A stretch of 64,000 nt of DNA from Candidatus Pacearchaeota archaeon (GCA_018303995.1 JAGVXB010000002.1:5916-69915); one strand, 5' to 3'. Positions 46,875-56,794 are shown, counted from the stretch's first letter. Notes: a model not told the origin generated them from the sequence alone. Numbers and translations are program-made.

Positions 46875-48492
46875 AGAAGATTATTCTGGAGTGCTTAGAA
46901 CAAGTAGGTATGAGGTTGACAGAGTCTTAGGCCAGGGGACATGGGGTACAGTTTATAGGGCTAAAGATAAAGTTAGCGGAGATTTCGTTGCCTTGAAAGT
47001 TCTTACGCCCACGGAGTTAGCACAGAGACAGATGGTAGAAAGAGGACAAACTCCTCAAAGTGTTATTTTGAAAGAAGGGGGAAGACATTCCTGTGCTCGT
47101 ATTGTACATAGAACTCTTGATGTTGATGGAAATGGAACTTATTTCTTAGTAATGCCTGTCATGAAAAAATTTTTAGATGATGTATTGGGTGATGAAAGGC
47201 TGGCTGAAGCAAGAACTCGATTAAAGCATGGCTTAAGTATAGAACAAATTAATGACTATACTAGAGACTTATTTGATGGACTCCGAGAAATGCACGAGAT
47301 TCGCGGAGACGTTCACGCGGACCTTAAGCCTGCGAATCTTGCAATTGATAAGGGAAGACTTTACCTAAATGATTTGGGCACATCTACCTGTGCTTCATTG
47401 CAAACTAGTTCAACTAACTCTAAAAGGGGAGAAAGAGGATTTGAGTTTACTCGTGCTCCTGAATGCTTTTTAGGAAAAGATCCTTCAAGATATTCTGATG
47501 TATGGGGGGCTGCTGCTTTGGTTTACAGAATGATGAGTAAGGATGGAAGTTACCCTTTACAAAATGAATTTGGAAATGTTTCTGACAAAACTGCTTATTT
47601 GGAGCAGATTGGCTCTGATAGGTTAAGAGAATTGTTAAGAGATAAGATAAAGAGGAATATTTCAAAAGAACATCGTAGAATAGGAAAAATACTTGAACAA
47701 TGTTTAGACCCTGATCCTAATAAAAGGCCTGGTAGTTCTGAACTAGTCAGTTTAATGGATAGAGCTACTGAAAAGAATAGATTCTGGAAGGATGCAGGAA
47801 GATTTACTAAAAGATTCGGGGTTGCTGTAGGAGCTATTGCTGCCTTAGGAGCTGTTGGATATACAGTAGCTACGGCTCCAAAGCCTACACCCTCAGAACC
47901 TCCTAAGGTTTCTGGTTTGCTTTATCTTGAAGACAATTCCGGTAAGACCTTTGATATTGAAGAGCCTTTTGAATTGCCAGAAACTTTTGATAGAGTTGGA
48001 TTGACAACTGATAAAATTTCCAAGAGGGTTACTAATTTGCCGAGTATTGCTTATTTAGTGGACTGCAAGGCTAAGGCTATGTTAGCTGGAGGAGCATGGG
48101 GAGCAGAAAGAATAACTCCTCATGAAAAAGAGCTTTTTGATAAGCATGCTTCTGATGAAGAAAAGCAAAATATTACAGAGGGCAGATTTAAGCCAAATGC
48201 ACTTCCTGAAATGTATCTTGTTCCTGCTGTAGCTTTAGAAGCTACAATGAATTCTATTCGTGACGCTCGTGGAAGAGTTGATTTAGAGGATTTACTTGTT
48301 TTTAGTAGAGTTAGTCAATCTAAGAGAAATGAAATTAATCTGATTAAATGCTATAGTGGTTCTGGAAACTTCAGAGATTATCAAAAGGCACTTCCTGAAG
48401 ATGAAGTAAATTTTATCAAATCATGGCTGGCTTATATTCATGATGGTCTTGCCCGCAAGGATTTATCTAGCGATGTTAAGGATAATCGATAA
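46855..48492 (+). CDS. Hanks-type Ser/Thr protein kinase with TM helix and C-terminal extracytoplasmic domain
   Basis: GQGTWGTVY...VALKVL, HADLKPANL, NDLG and TRAPE, then the TM segment FGVAVGAIAALGAVGYTVA. The likely start is ATG 46867. Confidence 0.85.
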   Translation: MEVKMGKEDYSGVLRTSRYEVDRVLGQGTWGTVYRAKDKVSGDFVALKVLTPTELAQRQMVERGQTPQSVILKEGGRHSCARIVHRTLDVDGNGTYFLVMPVMKKFLDDVLGDERLAEARTRLKHGLSIEQINDYTRDLFDGLREMHEIRGDVHADLKPANLAIDKGRLYLNDLGTSTCASLQTSSTNSKRGERGFEFTRAPECFLGKDPSRYSDVWGAAALVYRMMSKDGSYPLQNEFGNVSDKTAYLEQIGSDRLRELLRDKIKRNISKEHRRIGKILEQCLDPDPNKRPGSSELVSLMDRATEKNRFWKDAGRFTKRFGVAVGAIAALGAVGYTVATAPKPTPSEPPKVSGLLYLEDNSGKTFDIEEPFELPETFDRVGLTTDKISKRVTNLPSIAYLVDCKAKAMLAGGAWGAERITPHEKELFDKHASDEEKQNITEGRFKPNALPEMYLVPAVALEATMNSIRDARGRVDLEDLLVFSRVSQSKRNEINLIKCYSGSGNFRDYQKALPEDEVNFIKSWLAYIHDGLARKDLSSDVKDNR

Positions 48493-49386
48493 AACTGGAC
48501 TTGAACTTATTTGTATTAACCTAAAGAGCTCATTAATATGGCAGAGAACCATTGCTTTTTTTCCATTAGCTTTTTCTATTAATCTAGGTATTTTCCCGAA
48601 GTGGTATTCTTTTTTTAAGATATTTATTTTATGAATACTTGTTATATCTTTATTTGTTATGGTATTATCTAGAAATGCATAATATTTTTCCAGATCTTCA
48701 AAAATATCTAAAATCTCTTTATCTGCTTTGAACTTTTTTGTTTTTGCGTATTCATAAAGGTAATAGTATTTGTGTTCTATATGCATTAGGAAAGTTAGGA
48801 GCTCCCAGCTTAGGACAACTTCTTTTTCCGACTCATTAAGCAAAACTCTTCTACAGAACAATACGAGTTTGTCTAGATGTTCTCGCATGGCTTGTACCTC
48901 TGAAGAACTCACATATTTTCCAAATTTGACATCTTGAACAACAGAAACGTGAGTTTCTTTAATTAAAGACATTACTCTTTTTAGTAATTCAGGATACTTT
49001 TTATTAGATGGTTCTGAGACGTTTTCTATAATACATTCTTTTTCGGAACGACTGGTAATCTCAAAACCCAATAGCATTTTATCTACTATTTGCTGTGCTT
49101 CTCGTATAATTTCTTTGTTTATATTTTCAATTTTTATTATTTGAAAACCTTCTCTGTAAGCATGAGTGAGAATGTTTTGAATGTCTTTTTTGTTTTCTTC
49201 AGTTATTTTTAGAATTATTTCTTTTTTGGTTTTTTCTTTTGGCGTGGTGATTTTTAAGATACTGTTACTTTCCTCGACCTCGACTTGCGAGCCTTTCTCT
49301 AAATTATTCTGTTTAGCCCATTTGGCCGGTATACTCACCATTAAGGTAGCTGCTCCTTGTTTCACTAATTTTCTTATAACCATCAA
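48463..49386 (-). CDS. AbrB-domain / PhoU-like regulator
   Basis: N-terminal LVKQGAATLMVSIPAKWAK (AbrB/SpoVT), then a helical domain of about 200 aa. This architecture is typical of archaeal PhoU-like proteins. Confidence 0.5.
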   Translation of the reverse strand: MMVIRKLVKQGAATLMVSIPAKWAKQNNLEKGSQVEVEESNSILKITTPKEKTKKEIILKITEENKKDIQNILTHAYREGFQIIKIENINKEIIREAQQIVDKMLLGFEITSRSEKECIIENVSEPSNKKYPELLKRVMSLIKETHVSVVQDVKFGKYVSSSEVQAMREHLDKLVLFCRRVLLNESEKEVVLSWELLTFLMHIEHKYYYLYEYAKTKKFKADKEILDIFEDLEKYYAFLDNTITNKDITSIHKINILKKEYHFGKIPRLIEKANGKKAMVLCHINELFRLIQISSSPVLSIILNIAR

Positions 49387-49479
49387 AGTATATACATTTA
49401 TACTAGTATTTAAAGTTTATACATAAGGTTTATATTTGGACTTTCTTGATGTTGTTCTATAAAAGTAGTAACTTAAAAC

Positions 49480-50145
49480 ATGGAAACACAAAAAAAATCA
49501 ATGGGGAAGACAGTAGCACTTGCTTTAGCTGGTGCTCTTGCTTCTGGATGCGCTACACCTATCGAATTCAAGCCCGGCTTTAACGCCGTATATGCTGGAT
49601 TACATAGCAAACGCGAAGAAGGATATGCACGTGTATTTACTGGTGCTAGTGTAGGAAATGATACTTTGCGAGTTTATCATCATGGTCTTAATGAAGTGAG
49701 CGGAGAAGACACTAATACTTATTTTGGAAGAAATATATTTGGTGTTGAACCTCTGAATATTGGAATTGAAGCAATTGTAGATATGCGTGGAAACAAAGAT
49801 GGTTTATTTGATGGTCAGCCTTATTATGGGGCTAGAGATTTTAATTCTGTGAAGATGCTAGGTTCCGACTGGGGATTCTTACAAGGAACTACAAATGGGG
49901 AGAATGGAAACTTAACGATGCTTTATGGTAAAAATATGGGCTTTTTATCTGAAAGTTTGAGACCTTTGTCTGTAGAACTTTTCCACACATATGAATATGG
50001 GCAAGATGGAAAAGATAGCAATTATAGTGAAATTACAGCTGACTGGAATATATTTGGCAACTTTGGGATATTTGTTAGACAAGATATTTCCGAGTTTAGT
50101 TTGAATGATGCAAATTATGTTATTGGGGGAGTTTTGAAACTTTAA
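49480..50145 (+). CDS. lipobox-bearing beta-rich protein (operon gene 1)
   Basis: KKSMGKTVALALAGALASGC lipoprotein-type signal. The mature part is G/N/Y/F-rich with alternating beta-strand-like text. Confidence 0.55.
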   Translation: METQKKSMGKTVALALAGALASGCATPIEFKPGFNAVYAGLHSKREEGYARVFTGASVGNDTLRVYHHGLNEVSGEDTNTYFGRNIFGVEPLNIGIEAIVDMRGNKDGLFDGQPYYGARDFNSVKMLGSDWGFLQGTTNGENGNLTMLYGKNMGFLSESLRPLSVELFHTYEYGQDGKDSNYSEITADWNIFGNFGIFVRQDISEFSLNDANYVIGGVLKL

Positions 50146-50146
50146 T

Positions 50147-50776
50147 ATGGCGTATTATACTGAAGATATTAGGTCAAGAGGAATTCAGTCAGGAGTAGCG
50201 CATGCACCATTTGATGAAGCTCTTGAAATATTGAGAAGTCAAGGAGAGAGCATAATTTCAATAGCTCAGAATGCTCAGTTGAGAATTCAGGAAGGAACAG
50301 AAGCATATATCTCACAAAATGGTAATTATGTTCGAGAAGGAGTTATTTATATTCCAAAGGCAAAACCTAAATTAGTTAGATTTTCTCCAATACTAAGTTT
50401 TGTAAAAGATGCAACATATGCACATGGGCAAGGAGAAGAATTTTGCCCTAGTCAAGACTTAATAGATATTGCTTTAGGTGATTCAGTAGAATTTCCTCAA
50501 AAAGATATCCTTATTCCAACAAATAGATTTAATTCAGAAGGGTTGCTAGCATTTCTTTTTGGTGGGGTAGACAAAGCACAAGCATATGGAAATTTTCTAG
50601 ATTCTACAGGAATCAAGGAAATGTTTGTTTGTGTAGTTGATAATAATTATGTTAATAAGCAAGATAAACCATTTGCAAGACCGTTGTGGTTCGGCGGGCT
50701 TATCGACGGGTCTTACCTTGATGTCAGCATCCACTACTTGCATAACGACGAGAGAGTTCGTGGGGTGCGGGAATAA
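50147..50776 (+). CDS. hypothetical protein (operon gene 2)
   Basis: Starts 2 nt after gene 1. The C-terminal LWFGGLIDG...RVRGVRE motif is shared with genes 3 and 5. Confidence 0.5.
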   Translation: MAYYTEDIRSRGIQSGVAHAPFDEALEILRSQGESIISIAQNAQLRIQEGTEAYISQNGNYVREGVIYIPKAKPKLVRFSPILSFVKDATYAHGQGEEFCPSQDLIDIALGDSVEFPQKDILIPTNRFNSEGLLAFLFGGVDKAQAYGNFLDSTGIKEMFVCVVDNNYVNKQDKPFARPLWFGGLIDGSYLDVSIHYLHNDERVRGVRE

Positions 50777-50777
50777 T

Positions 50778-51461
50778 ATGGTATCAAAAACAGATTTCAA
50801 ACATAATCCTGCTGAACGGACAATAGAAACAGCTGGAAGGGTTTATACTGATTTTGAGTTGACAGGCGATTTTCGCTTATTAAGACAAGCAAATTATGGA
50901 GAAGGCTTCAGAATGGCAACATTTGGAGAAGTTCTTGATTTAGTTCATCAATCATATCTTAATCAAGGAAATACAGGAGCAGATAATGTTGTTAGAGCGA
51001 CAAGACAATTCTGGTTATCTGGAAACACTGTTGCATATGGAGGAAGAGATATCATAACTGTCCAAAATTTCCCAGAAATTAAAGAGGGAAGAATTATAAT
51101 GGATTTTGAAGAATTAGAATCTTTACTTAATGAAGGAGAAGATTTAGTGCCTGGGGTAAGGATAAGCCGAGACGGAAATGTGGGCTTTGTTTTAAGAAAC
51201 AAAGTTAGAGGGGGTTGGCATGATGAAACACAAATAAGAGGGTCTCTTTATCCTATAGTTCTTGCACTTAGTAAAAACGGTTCAGATAATATGGCAGACA
51301 TTTCTAGAGTTAAGCAGAAAAGCGCTTATTTTGCGCTTCCAACAGTGGGAAAAATAACAGTCTTGGATTTGGATGAGGACGATGATAGGTTGGGCTTCGG
51401 TGGCTACTACTGGGGCGAGTTCGACAACGGCAGGCATTCATTCGGAGTAAAGGAGAAATAA
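50778..51461 (+). CDS. hypothetical protein (operon gene 3)
   Basis: The track ORF begins at 50637, but ATG 50778 lies 2 nt after the gene 2 stop. The C-terminus reads RLGFGGYYWGEF...HSFGVKEK. Confidence 0.5.
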   Translation: MVSKTDFKHNPAERTIETAGRVYTDFELTGDFRLLRQANYGEGFRMATFGEVLDLVHQSYLNQGNTGADNVVRATRQFWLSGNTVAYGGRDIITVQNFPEIKEGRIIMDFEELESLLNEGEDLVPGVRISRDGNVGFVLRNKVRGGWHDETQIRGSLYPIVLALSKNGSDNMADISRVKQKSAYFALPTVGKITVLDLDEDDDRLGFGGYYWGEFDNGRHSFGVKEK

Positions 51462-51464
51462 AAA

Positions 51465-52256
51465 ATGGCTGACAAATCTAGAAATACTGGAAAGGGAATT
51501 GCTTTAGCCGGTCTTGGTGCTTTAGCTTCATGTGTTTCGCCTGAGCGAGGGTTGGAAAAACTTGCTCAACAACCTTCTCAACCTCCTGTTGCTGCAAATG
51601 GAAGAAAACCTAACGAAGTGGATTATAGTACTAAAGTTGCTGATAAGTATCTTGCAAGAATAGGTGTTATTTTTGCAGATGAGCCTGTAATTCAGAATAG
51701 TTTGACTTATTCTAATAATAATTTGCCCGGTTTGAGTCTTAATTATTGGGAAAATAGGCTACTTGGAAATGGAGAATTAACTGAAACAGATTTAACTCTT
51801 CGTTATGGTTTGTCTAGGGAAAATTTTGATTTTTCTGTTAAAGCCGATTACGTTTTTCTTGATGCATTTACTTCTTTTAGAGATGCTCTAGAGATAGGTG
51901 CTAGTGTGTCTACAAGAAATTTGCCTGTGAGACTTGGTGGAGAGATTGATGCAATATTTAGCCCTGATAACAGTAGGGATGTAGGATTTGAATATATTTT
52001 ATCGGCTAGAAAAGATGTTAATTTAATTGGTGGTTTAAGTGCAAATGCTTGGGGAGATGTGCATTTTAATAGTCATTATTTTACTCCAGACAGCACTTTT
52101 TCAGTAACAAACATTGGAGCTGGATTAAACTGGGACATATTTAGAAATGGTTTAGTTAATTTAGGTGTTAGTGGTCAACAACAATATACTTTAGGAGATA
52201 ATTTTGAAGATCAATCTCTTGTTGGAGTGAGTGTTGGAGGGAGTGTTAAGTTTTAA
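51465..52256 (+). CDS. lipobox-bearing beta-rich protein (operon gene 4)
   Basis: GKGIALAGLGALASC lipobox. Strand-like alternating pattern, ending in ...VGVSVGGSVKF with a C-terminal aromatic residue. Confidence 0.55.
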   Translation: MADKSRNTGKGIALAGLGALASCVSPERGLEKLAQQPSQPPVAANGRKPNEVDYSTKVADKYLARIGVIFADEPVIQNSLTYSNNNLPGLSLNYWENRLLGNGELTETDLTLRYGLSRENFDFSVKADYVFLDAFTSFRDALEIGASVSTRNLPVRLGGEIDAIFSPDNSRDVGFEYILSARKDVNLIGGLSANAWGDVHFNSHYFTPDSTFSVTNIGAGLNWDIFRNGLVNLGVSGQQQYTLGDNFEDQSLVGVSVGGSVKF

Positions 52257-52257
52257 G

Positions 52258-52923
52258 ATGGATGATACAAAAGCTTTTTTTGGGTTTAGAGTAAAGGGAA
52301 AAGACTGCACAACTTATAGACACTCTAATGCGGGGTTTAACGGTTTAGGGATGAGGATGCTTGAGTATGTTTCTCAAACCCCTGTTTCTCTTATGAGGTT
52401 AGTAGCTGTTCGCACCGAATTAGTTGATTCTCTGGATATGGCGCCTCGAGAGATTGTAGAACATTATGAGAAAATTAAGAAGAAACTTGCCATACAACTT
52501 ATAGGAAATAACCATTCTTGGGGGAATGTTGTTAATTCTTTGAGTGGAGGTTTATATTCTAATGATTTGTTTGTTTTTAATGAGCACTTAATGCAAATGC
52601 TCGATAGTAAGAAATTACCTAGAGTTTCTTGGGATAATGCTTACATTGTAGATGTGGATAAAGAAAGATTGGAGTTTTATCAGAAATTTGTTGCGCCTTA
52701 CAACTTTGGTAGATATTCTAAGATAGTTGAAGAGTTAGATTCAGCATCTTCAAAACATAATGGTGTCATTTTAGTCAGAGAATTTTCTTTTGATGAGGTT
52801 AAAGCTGCTAAAGATGACTTTGGTGGTTTAATTGCTCGAGTAAATGAGTCATCTGCACAATTATCTCAAGCCGATTCATTTAACAGAAAATATTTTGAGT
52901 GGTTGTCTGAGGCGCCTGGATAA
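52258..52923 (+). CDS. hypothetical protein (operon gene 5)
   Basis: ATG 52258 lies 2 nt after the gene 4 stop. A DDFGGLIARV motif lies near the C-terminus. Confidence 0.5.
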   Translation: MDDTKAFFGFRVKGKDCTTYRHSNAGFNGLGMRMLEYVSQTPVSLMRLVAVRTELVDSLDMAPREIVEHYEKIKKKLAIQLIGNNHSWGNVVNSLSGGLYSNDLFVFNEHLMQMLDSKKLPRVSWDNAYIVDVDKERLEFYQKFVAPYNFGRYSKIVEELDSASSKHNGVILVREFSFDEVKAAKDDFGGLIARVNESSAQLSQADSFNRKYFEWLSEAPG

Positions 52924-52953
52924 AAATAAATTCCTAAAATGGAGATATAAATA

Positions 52954-53658
52954 ATGACAAAGAGATTTCATGGAAAAATAGGGGAAGAATATGCACTTTT
53001 TGAGAGGGCATATACTCATTTTAATGAATTTCAGGAAAGAATAGCAAAGCAAGTTAGTAAACATTGTAAGGGGAAAAAAGTTTATCCTATTCTTGAATTA
53101 GGATGCGGACCAGGTCCAACTAGTAAAAAATTACTTATGTTAAATAAAAAGGCTATTTTGACTGCAGTTGACAACGAACCTTTAATGATTGCCCAGGCAG
53201 AAGATTATCTACAACAATATGAAGATAGAGTATACCTAGTACAAAGGGATATTTTGGAATATCTTGATAATATGCCTGGTTCAGTTTTTGATGCTGTAGC
53301 TAGTGGATGGACACTTCATAATTTCGATTCAAGTTATAGAGAAAAAGTACTTCGTGGAATTTATAGGGTTCTCAAACCAAATGGGATATTTGTTAATGGA
53401 GATAAATACGCACAAGATGATGCTGATAAACATCATGCTGATTTTAATTGGTCTATTGAGCAATTCGTTAAAAAGATGGCAGAAAAAGGACATCATCAAC
53501 TATGCTATGACTGGATTATCCACATGGGGTTTGATGAAGATCCAAAAAGGTTAATGAAAGAAAGAGAGTCTTTGAGTGAACTTGAAAGAATTGGTTTTAT
53601 TAGTCCTGAAGTTATCTGGAGAAAGAGAATGGAGGCAATTGTGTCTGCTAGGAAATAG
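52954..53658 (+). CDS. class I SAM-dependent methyltransferase (operon gene 6)
   Basis: ILELGCGPGPTS motif I, then VASGWTLHNF and LKPNGIFVNGD. Confidence 0.75.
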   Translation: MTKRFHGKIGEEYALFERAYTHFNEFQERIAKQVSKHCKGKKVYPILELGCGPGPTSKKLLMLNKKAILTAVDNEPLMIAQAEDYLQQYEDRVYLVQRDILEYLDNMPGSVFDAVASGWTLHNFDSSYREKVLRGIYRVLKPNGIFVNGDKYAQDDADKHHADFNWSIEQFVKKMAEKGHHQLCYDWIIHMGFDEDPKRLMKERESLSELERIGFISPEVIWRKRMEAIVSARK

Positions 53659-53737
53659 TTTTACCTTTTAATAAAATCCCTATTTTTCAGTTTATAAGGG
53701 CATAATGTTTAAAAGCCACTACTTTTCTTAATTTAAC

Positions 53738-54679
53738 ATGGATCACTTAAAGTTACACGTTTTGCCTAGAGTAGAAATGACTCGGGAAGAATTTTTAGTG
53801 AATACTCTGCGTAATTCTATTGCTTTAGATGGTGTTGTAAAGGGCGGTCCGTTTTTTGATCCGGTTACAAAGCACATGAACATTGATCATCATGATGGGG
53901 TTGTTCGCGAGGCCACAATGAGTACTTGCAAGCAGGTTTTTTATGCGATAAAGGCTGGTTTATTTGAGAGTTTTAGAGACGAAAGGGGAAGGCCATTTGC
54001 TAATGCATATTTAAATGATCCTGATCAAGATACTAGTTTATCTTTTTTTGAGTTACAAAATTATAAAATGCTTGAAGGAACAAATGGTTCTCCAGCTTTG
54101 AATCGTTTGATTGAATTAACAGACCGTTTAGATGTTACAGCAGGCGCCTTTCCCATGAGTTTATCTGATCAACTTTTACGCCAATATGCTTGGATATTCC
54201 AAAACTATTCTGATCTTAGAAAGAGTGGAAAACTTGCAGTTGCTAATGCAGGCGAGATTAGAGCTTGTTTAGAGGCTACTTCTTCTAGAATAATGGATTA
54301 TCTGTTGGGTCGCGGAAGTGAGTTAGAATTAGATACAAGATACGAAATATTACATGAAGATCCTAGGTTTAAGGTTATTAATGAAATAGGTGGAAACGAT
54401 GCTCGCTACTTTTTGTTTTCAAAAGGATTGAATGCTTTCATCAGTTTAGTGGCTACTCGTCCGGATGGCAATAGAGTATATTCTGTTGGTAGAAGAAGCA
54501 TGCTTATCCCATTTCCAGTGAAAGAATTGTATGATGTTTTCAATGCTGCAGAAGGCCTAACTAAAGACGGTTGGGGTAGTTCCGACATAGTTGGAGGTTC
54601 TTCAAGACTGCATGGAAGTAAGCTTACTCCTTCTGAACTATTTAGATTAACTAAAGATTACTTAGATAAATCTAAATAA
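53738..54679 (+). CDS. hypothetical protein, possibly a divergent DHH/DHHA1-like phosphoesterase (operon gene 7)
   Basis: NIDHHDG (DHH-like), NDPDQDT and a late GGSSRLHG (GGGH-like). The assignment is weak. Confidence 0.35.
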   Translation: MDHLKLHVLPRVEMTREEFLVNTLRNSIALDGVVKGGPFFDPVTKHMNIDHHDGVVREATMSTCKQVFYAIKAGLFESFRDERGRPFANAYLNDPDQDTSLSFFELQNYKMLEGTNGSPALNRLIELTDRLDVTAGAFPMSLSDQLLRQYAWIFQNYSDLRKSGKLAVANAGEIRACLEATSSRIMDYLLGRGSELELDTRYEILHEDPRFKVINEIGGNDARYFLFSKGLNAFISLVATRPDGNRVYSVGRRSMLIPFPVKELYDVFNAAEGLTKDGWGSSDIVGGSSRLHGSKLTPSELFRLTKDYLDKSK

Positions 54680-54694
54680 ACTAAATATAAATTT

Positions 54695-55615
54695 ATGAGT
54701 TCTAATATTAAGTCTAGGAAAGAAGATTTTGGTGTAATCACATATGACTCTTCTAAGGATACTTTTGTTCTGGTTCCAAATGATAGTTTTGATTCAAATG
54801 AAAATTATACTCTTTCGGGTCCGTTAACTGCTCATTGGACAACTACTCTTAGATGCAATGCGAGATGTAGTTATTGTTATCTTCTTCCCGTATTGAAGAA
54901 AGTTAATGAAAAAGAAGATATCCTTTCTAAAGGAGATGCGAGAGAATTTATCCGTAGTTTTGCACAATCTGGAGGATTTAGACTTTATCTTACTGGTGGG
55001 GAGCCGACACTTCATCCGTTTATTGATGAAATAATGGATTATGCAAATGAAGAAAAGATAAAGGTTGTAGTTAACACTAATGGTATTATTGTTCCGGAAA
55101 GAGTTTACGAATCGGTAAGAAGGAATGGGGCAAGTTTGAGTTTTAGTCTTGATTCTCATTCTGGGAAAGAACATGACGAAGTTAGAAAACAAAAATCTTT
55201 TGATTCAATAGTTGAAATGCTTGGAAGATGTAGGAATGAAGGGGTTGATACAAGAGTAATATCTGTTGCAAGTACGGGTGACGTGCATTACTGGGAAGAA
55301 TTTGGGCGTTTTTTAAGCGAAGCAGGAGTTGGAAGATGGTTTATTCAAGGAGATAATTCTAAGATAGTTGAAGGGTTAGATTCAGATTTAGAGAGCAGAC
55401 TCAGGGTTTCTTTTCCATCATTACGTGTTAGAGTTATTCCTGCGATTTATGATTCTTTTTTATATGTTCTTCCAGATGGAACTGCTTGCTCTAATGCTTG
55501 GGGAGATAGAGTTGTTTATGGGAAAGTTCCTCAAGACTCTGTAAAAGATATTTGGAAGAAAAATAGTAAGAATGGGCTTAAAGATCATTTAGGAATAATT
55601 CGAATAGAAAACTAG
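54695..55615 (+). CDS. radical SAM enzyme (operon gene 8)
   Basis: CNARCSYCY (CxxxCxxC), LTGGEPTLHP and VVNTNG. There is no obvious SPASM Cys-rich tail. Confidence 0.8.
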   Translation: MSSNIKSRKEDFGVITYDSSKDTFVLVPNDSFDSNENYTLSGPLTAHWTTTLRCNARCSYCYLLPVLKKVNEKEDILSKGDAREFIRSFAQSGGFRLYLTGGEPTLHPFIDEIMDYANEEKIKVVVNTNGIIVPERVYESVRRNGASLSFSLDSHSGKEHDEVRKQKSFDSIVEMLGRCRNEGVDTRVISVASTGDVHYWEEFGRFLSEAGVGRWFIQGDNSKIVEGLDSDLESRLRVSFPSLRVRVIPAIYDSFLYVLPDGTACSNAWGDRVVYGKVPQDSVKDIWKKNSKNGLKDHLGIIRIEN

Positions 55616-55624
55616 AGGATGATT

Positions 55625-56794
55625 TTATCTTTTAATAAAATCTATTTCTTCTGGCCCTAACTTGAGTTGTTCTTGAATGATCTGGTCGTTTTGAATTATC
55701 TTTTTTATTAGGCTGAAGTCACGCATTGCTCTCTTTGTCGAGCAATGAACGTATTTTGCGTATTTTTGGCTGATTGTTTTTTTCTTTGACATTATAGTGT
55801 TGTTTAACCATATTTTTAATATTCTCTGAGGTCTTTCGTATTTTGTGAAACTGGCTTTTGGTTTGTCTTTGGCGTAACTTATGCCTGCGGACTGGAATAT
55901 ATTTTGATAAACTAGGAAACGCCAGAATTGCTGTCTGTAAATGCGTCCTCTAAATATGTCTGCCTTTGCTAATGCTAAATAGGCTCGTGCTAATGCTTTG
56001 CCTTTATATTCTCTTGGGATATTTTCTTCTATCCAGAGGAGGATTTCATCTAGAGACATTTTCGTATTATCAAATAAATCTAAACTGTCCGAGCGTTCTT
56101 GAAATAGTTTTTTTAATATATTGAAAATGCTGTCTTTTTTACTTCTTTCTTCGAGGAAGTCTACATTTGTCTGATCTGTTAGAACATATGTTTGTAAGTC
56201 GTTTAAAGCGGCTCGAATATCTCCTTGAGATTTTATGGCTATTTGTTTAAGGTAGTGTATATTTTCTTTATGTCCTTCTTTTTTTACTATACTCTCTAAG
56301 ACTTTTACTATATCATCTATGAATAGAGGTTTCATTTCTATCAATTTGCATTTTGGTCTCAAGTCTGAGAATTTAGAATCCCATATGTCGTTTCCAGTCA
56401 TTATTATTGGATGTGCTGTTTTGTCTATTATTCTGATTAGTTCTGCTACTCCGCCAATGTCTGTGCCTGTTACACCGTCAACTTCGTCCATTAGTAGGAT
56501 TTTTCCTATTTTGAAAAGACTTTGTTGTAAGGATGCTGGTTTGAGAATTTCTTCTAATTTTAGTCTATTTCTTAAGTCTGATGAGTTTAGTTCAAAGATA
56601 TCTAAGTTGTGTTCTTTTGCTATTGCGTGAACTAAAGTTGTTTTACCGGTTCCTGATGGACCGTGTAAAATTATTCCTTTCTTTTTAGGAAATTCTTTTA
56701 GAAATTTTTGTAATTCTAAGACTGCTGATTCTTGACCTATTAAGTCTCTTAAGACTGTTGGCCTGTATTTCTCGGCGAAGCTTGAACTTATCAT
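55625..56794 (-). CDS. rfcL: replication factor C large subunit
   Basis: FAEKYRPTVLRDLIGQ, GPSGTGKTT and LLMDEVDG. Confidence 0.85.
   Translation of the reverse strand: MISSSFAEKYRPTVLRDLIGQESAVLELQKFLKEFPKKKGIILHGPSGTGKTTLVHAIAKEHNLDIFELNSSDLRNRLKLEEILKPASLQQSLFKIGKILLMDEVDGVTGTDIGGVAELIRIIDKTAHPIIMTGNDIWDSKFSDLRPKCKLIEMKPLFIDDIVKVLESIVKKEGHKENIHYLKQIAIKSQGDIRAALNDLQTYVLTDQTNVDFLEERSKKDSIFNILKKLFQERSDSLDLFDNTKMSLDEILLWIEENIPREYKGKALARAYLALAKADIFRGRIYRQQFWRFLVYQNIFQSAGISYAKDKPKASFTKYERPQRILKIWLNNTIMSKKKTISQKYAKYVHCSTKRAMRDFSLIKKIIQNDQIIQEQLKLGPEEIDFIKR

Noticed and set aside
50637-50777. The N-terminal 47 codons of the 274-aa track ORF, overlapping the end of operon gene 2.
   Set aside because: ATG 50778 lies 2 nt after the upstream stop and fits the tight spacing of the rest of the operon. 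The upstream extension is most likely not translated.
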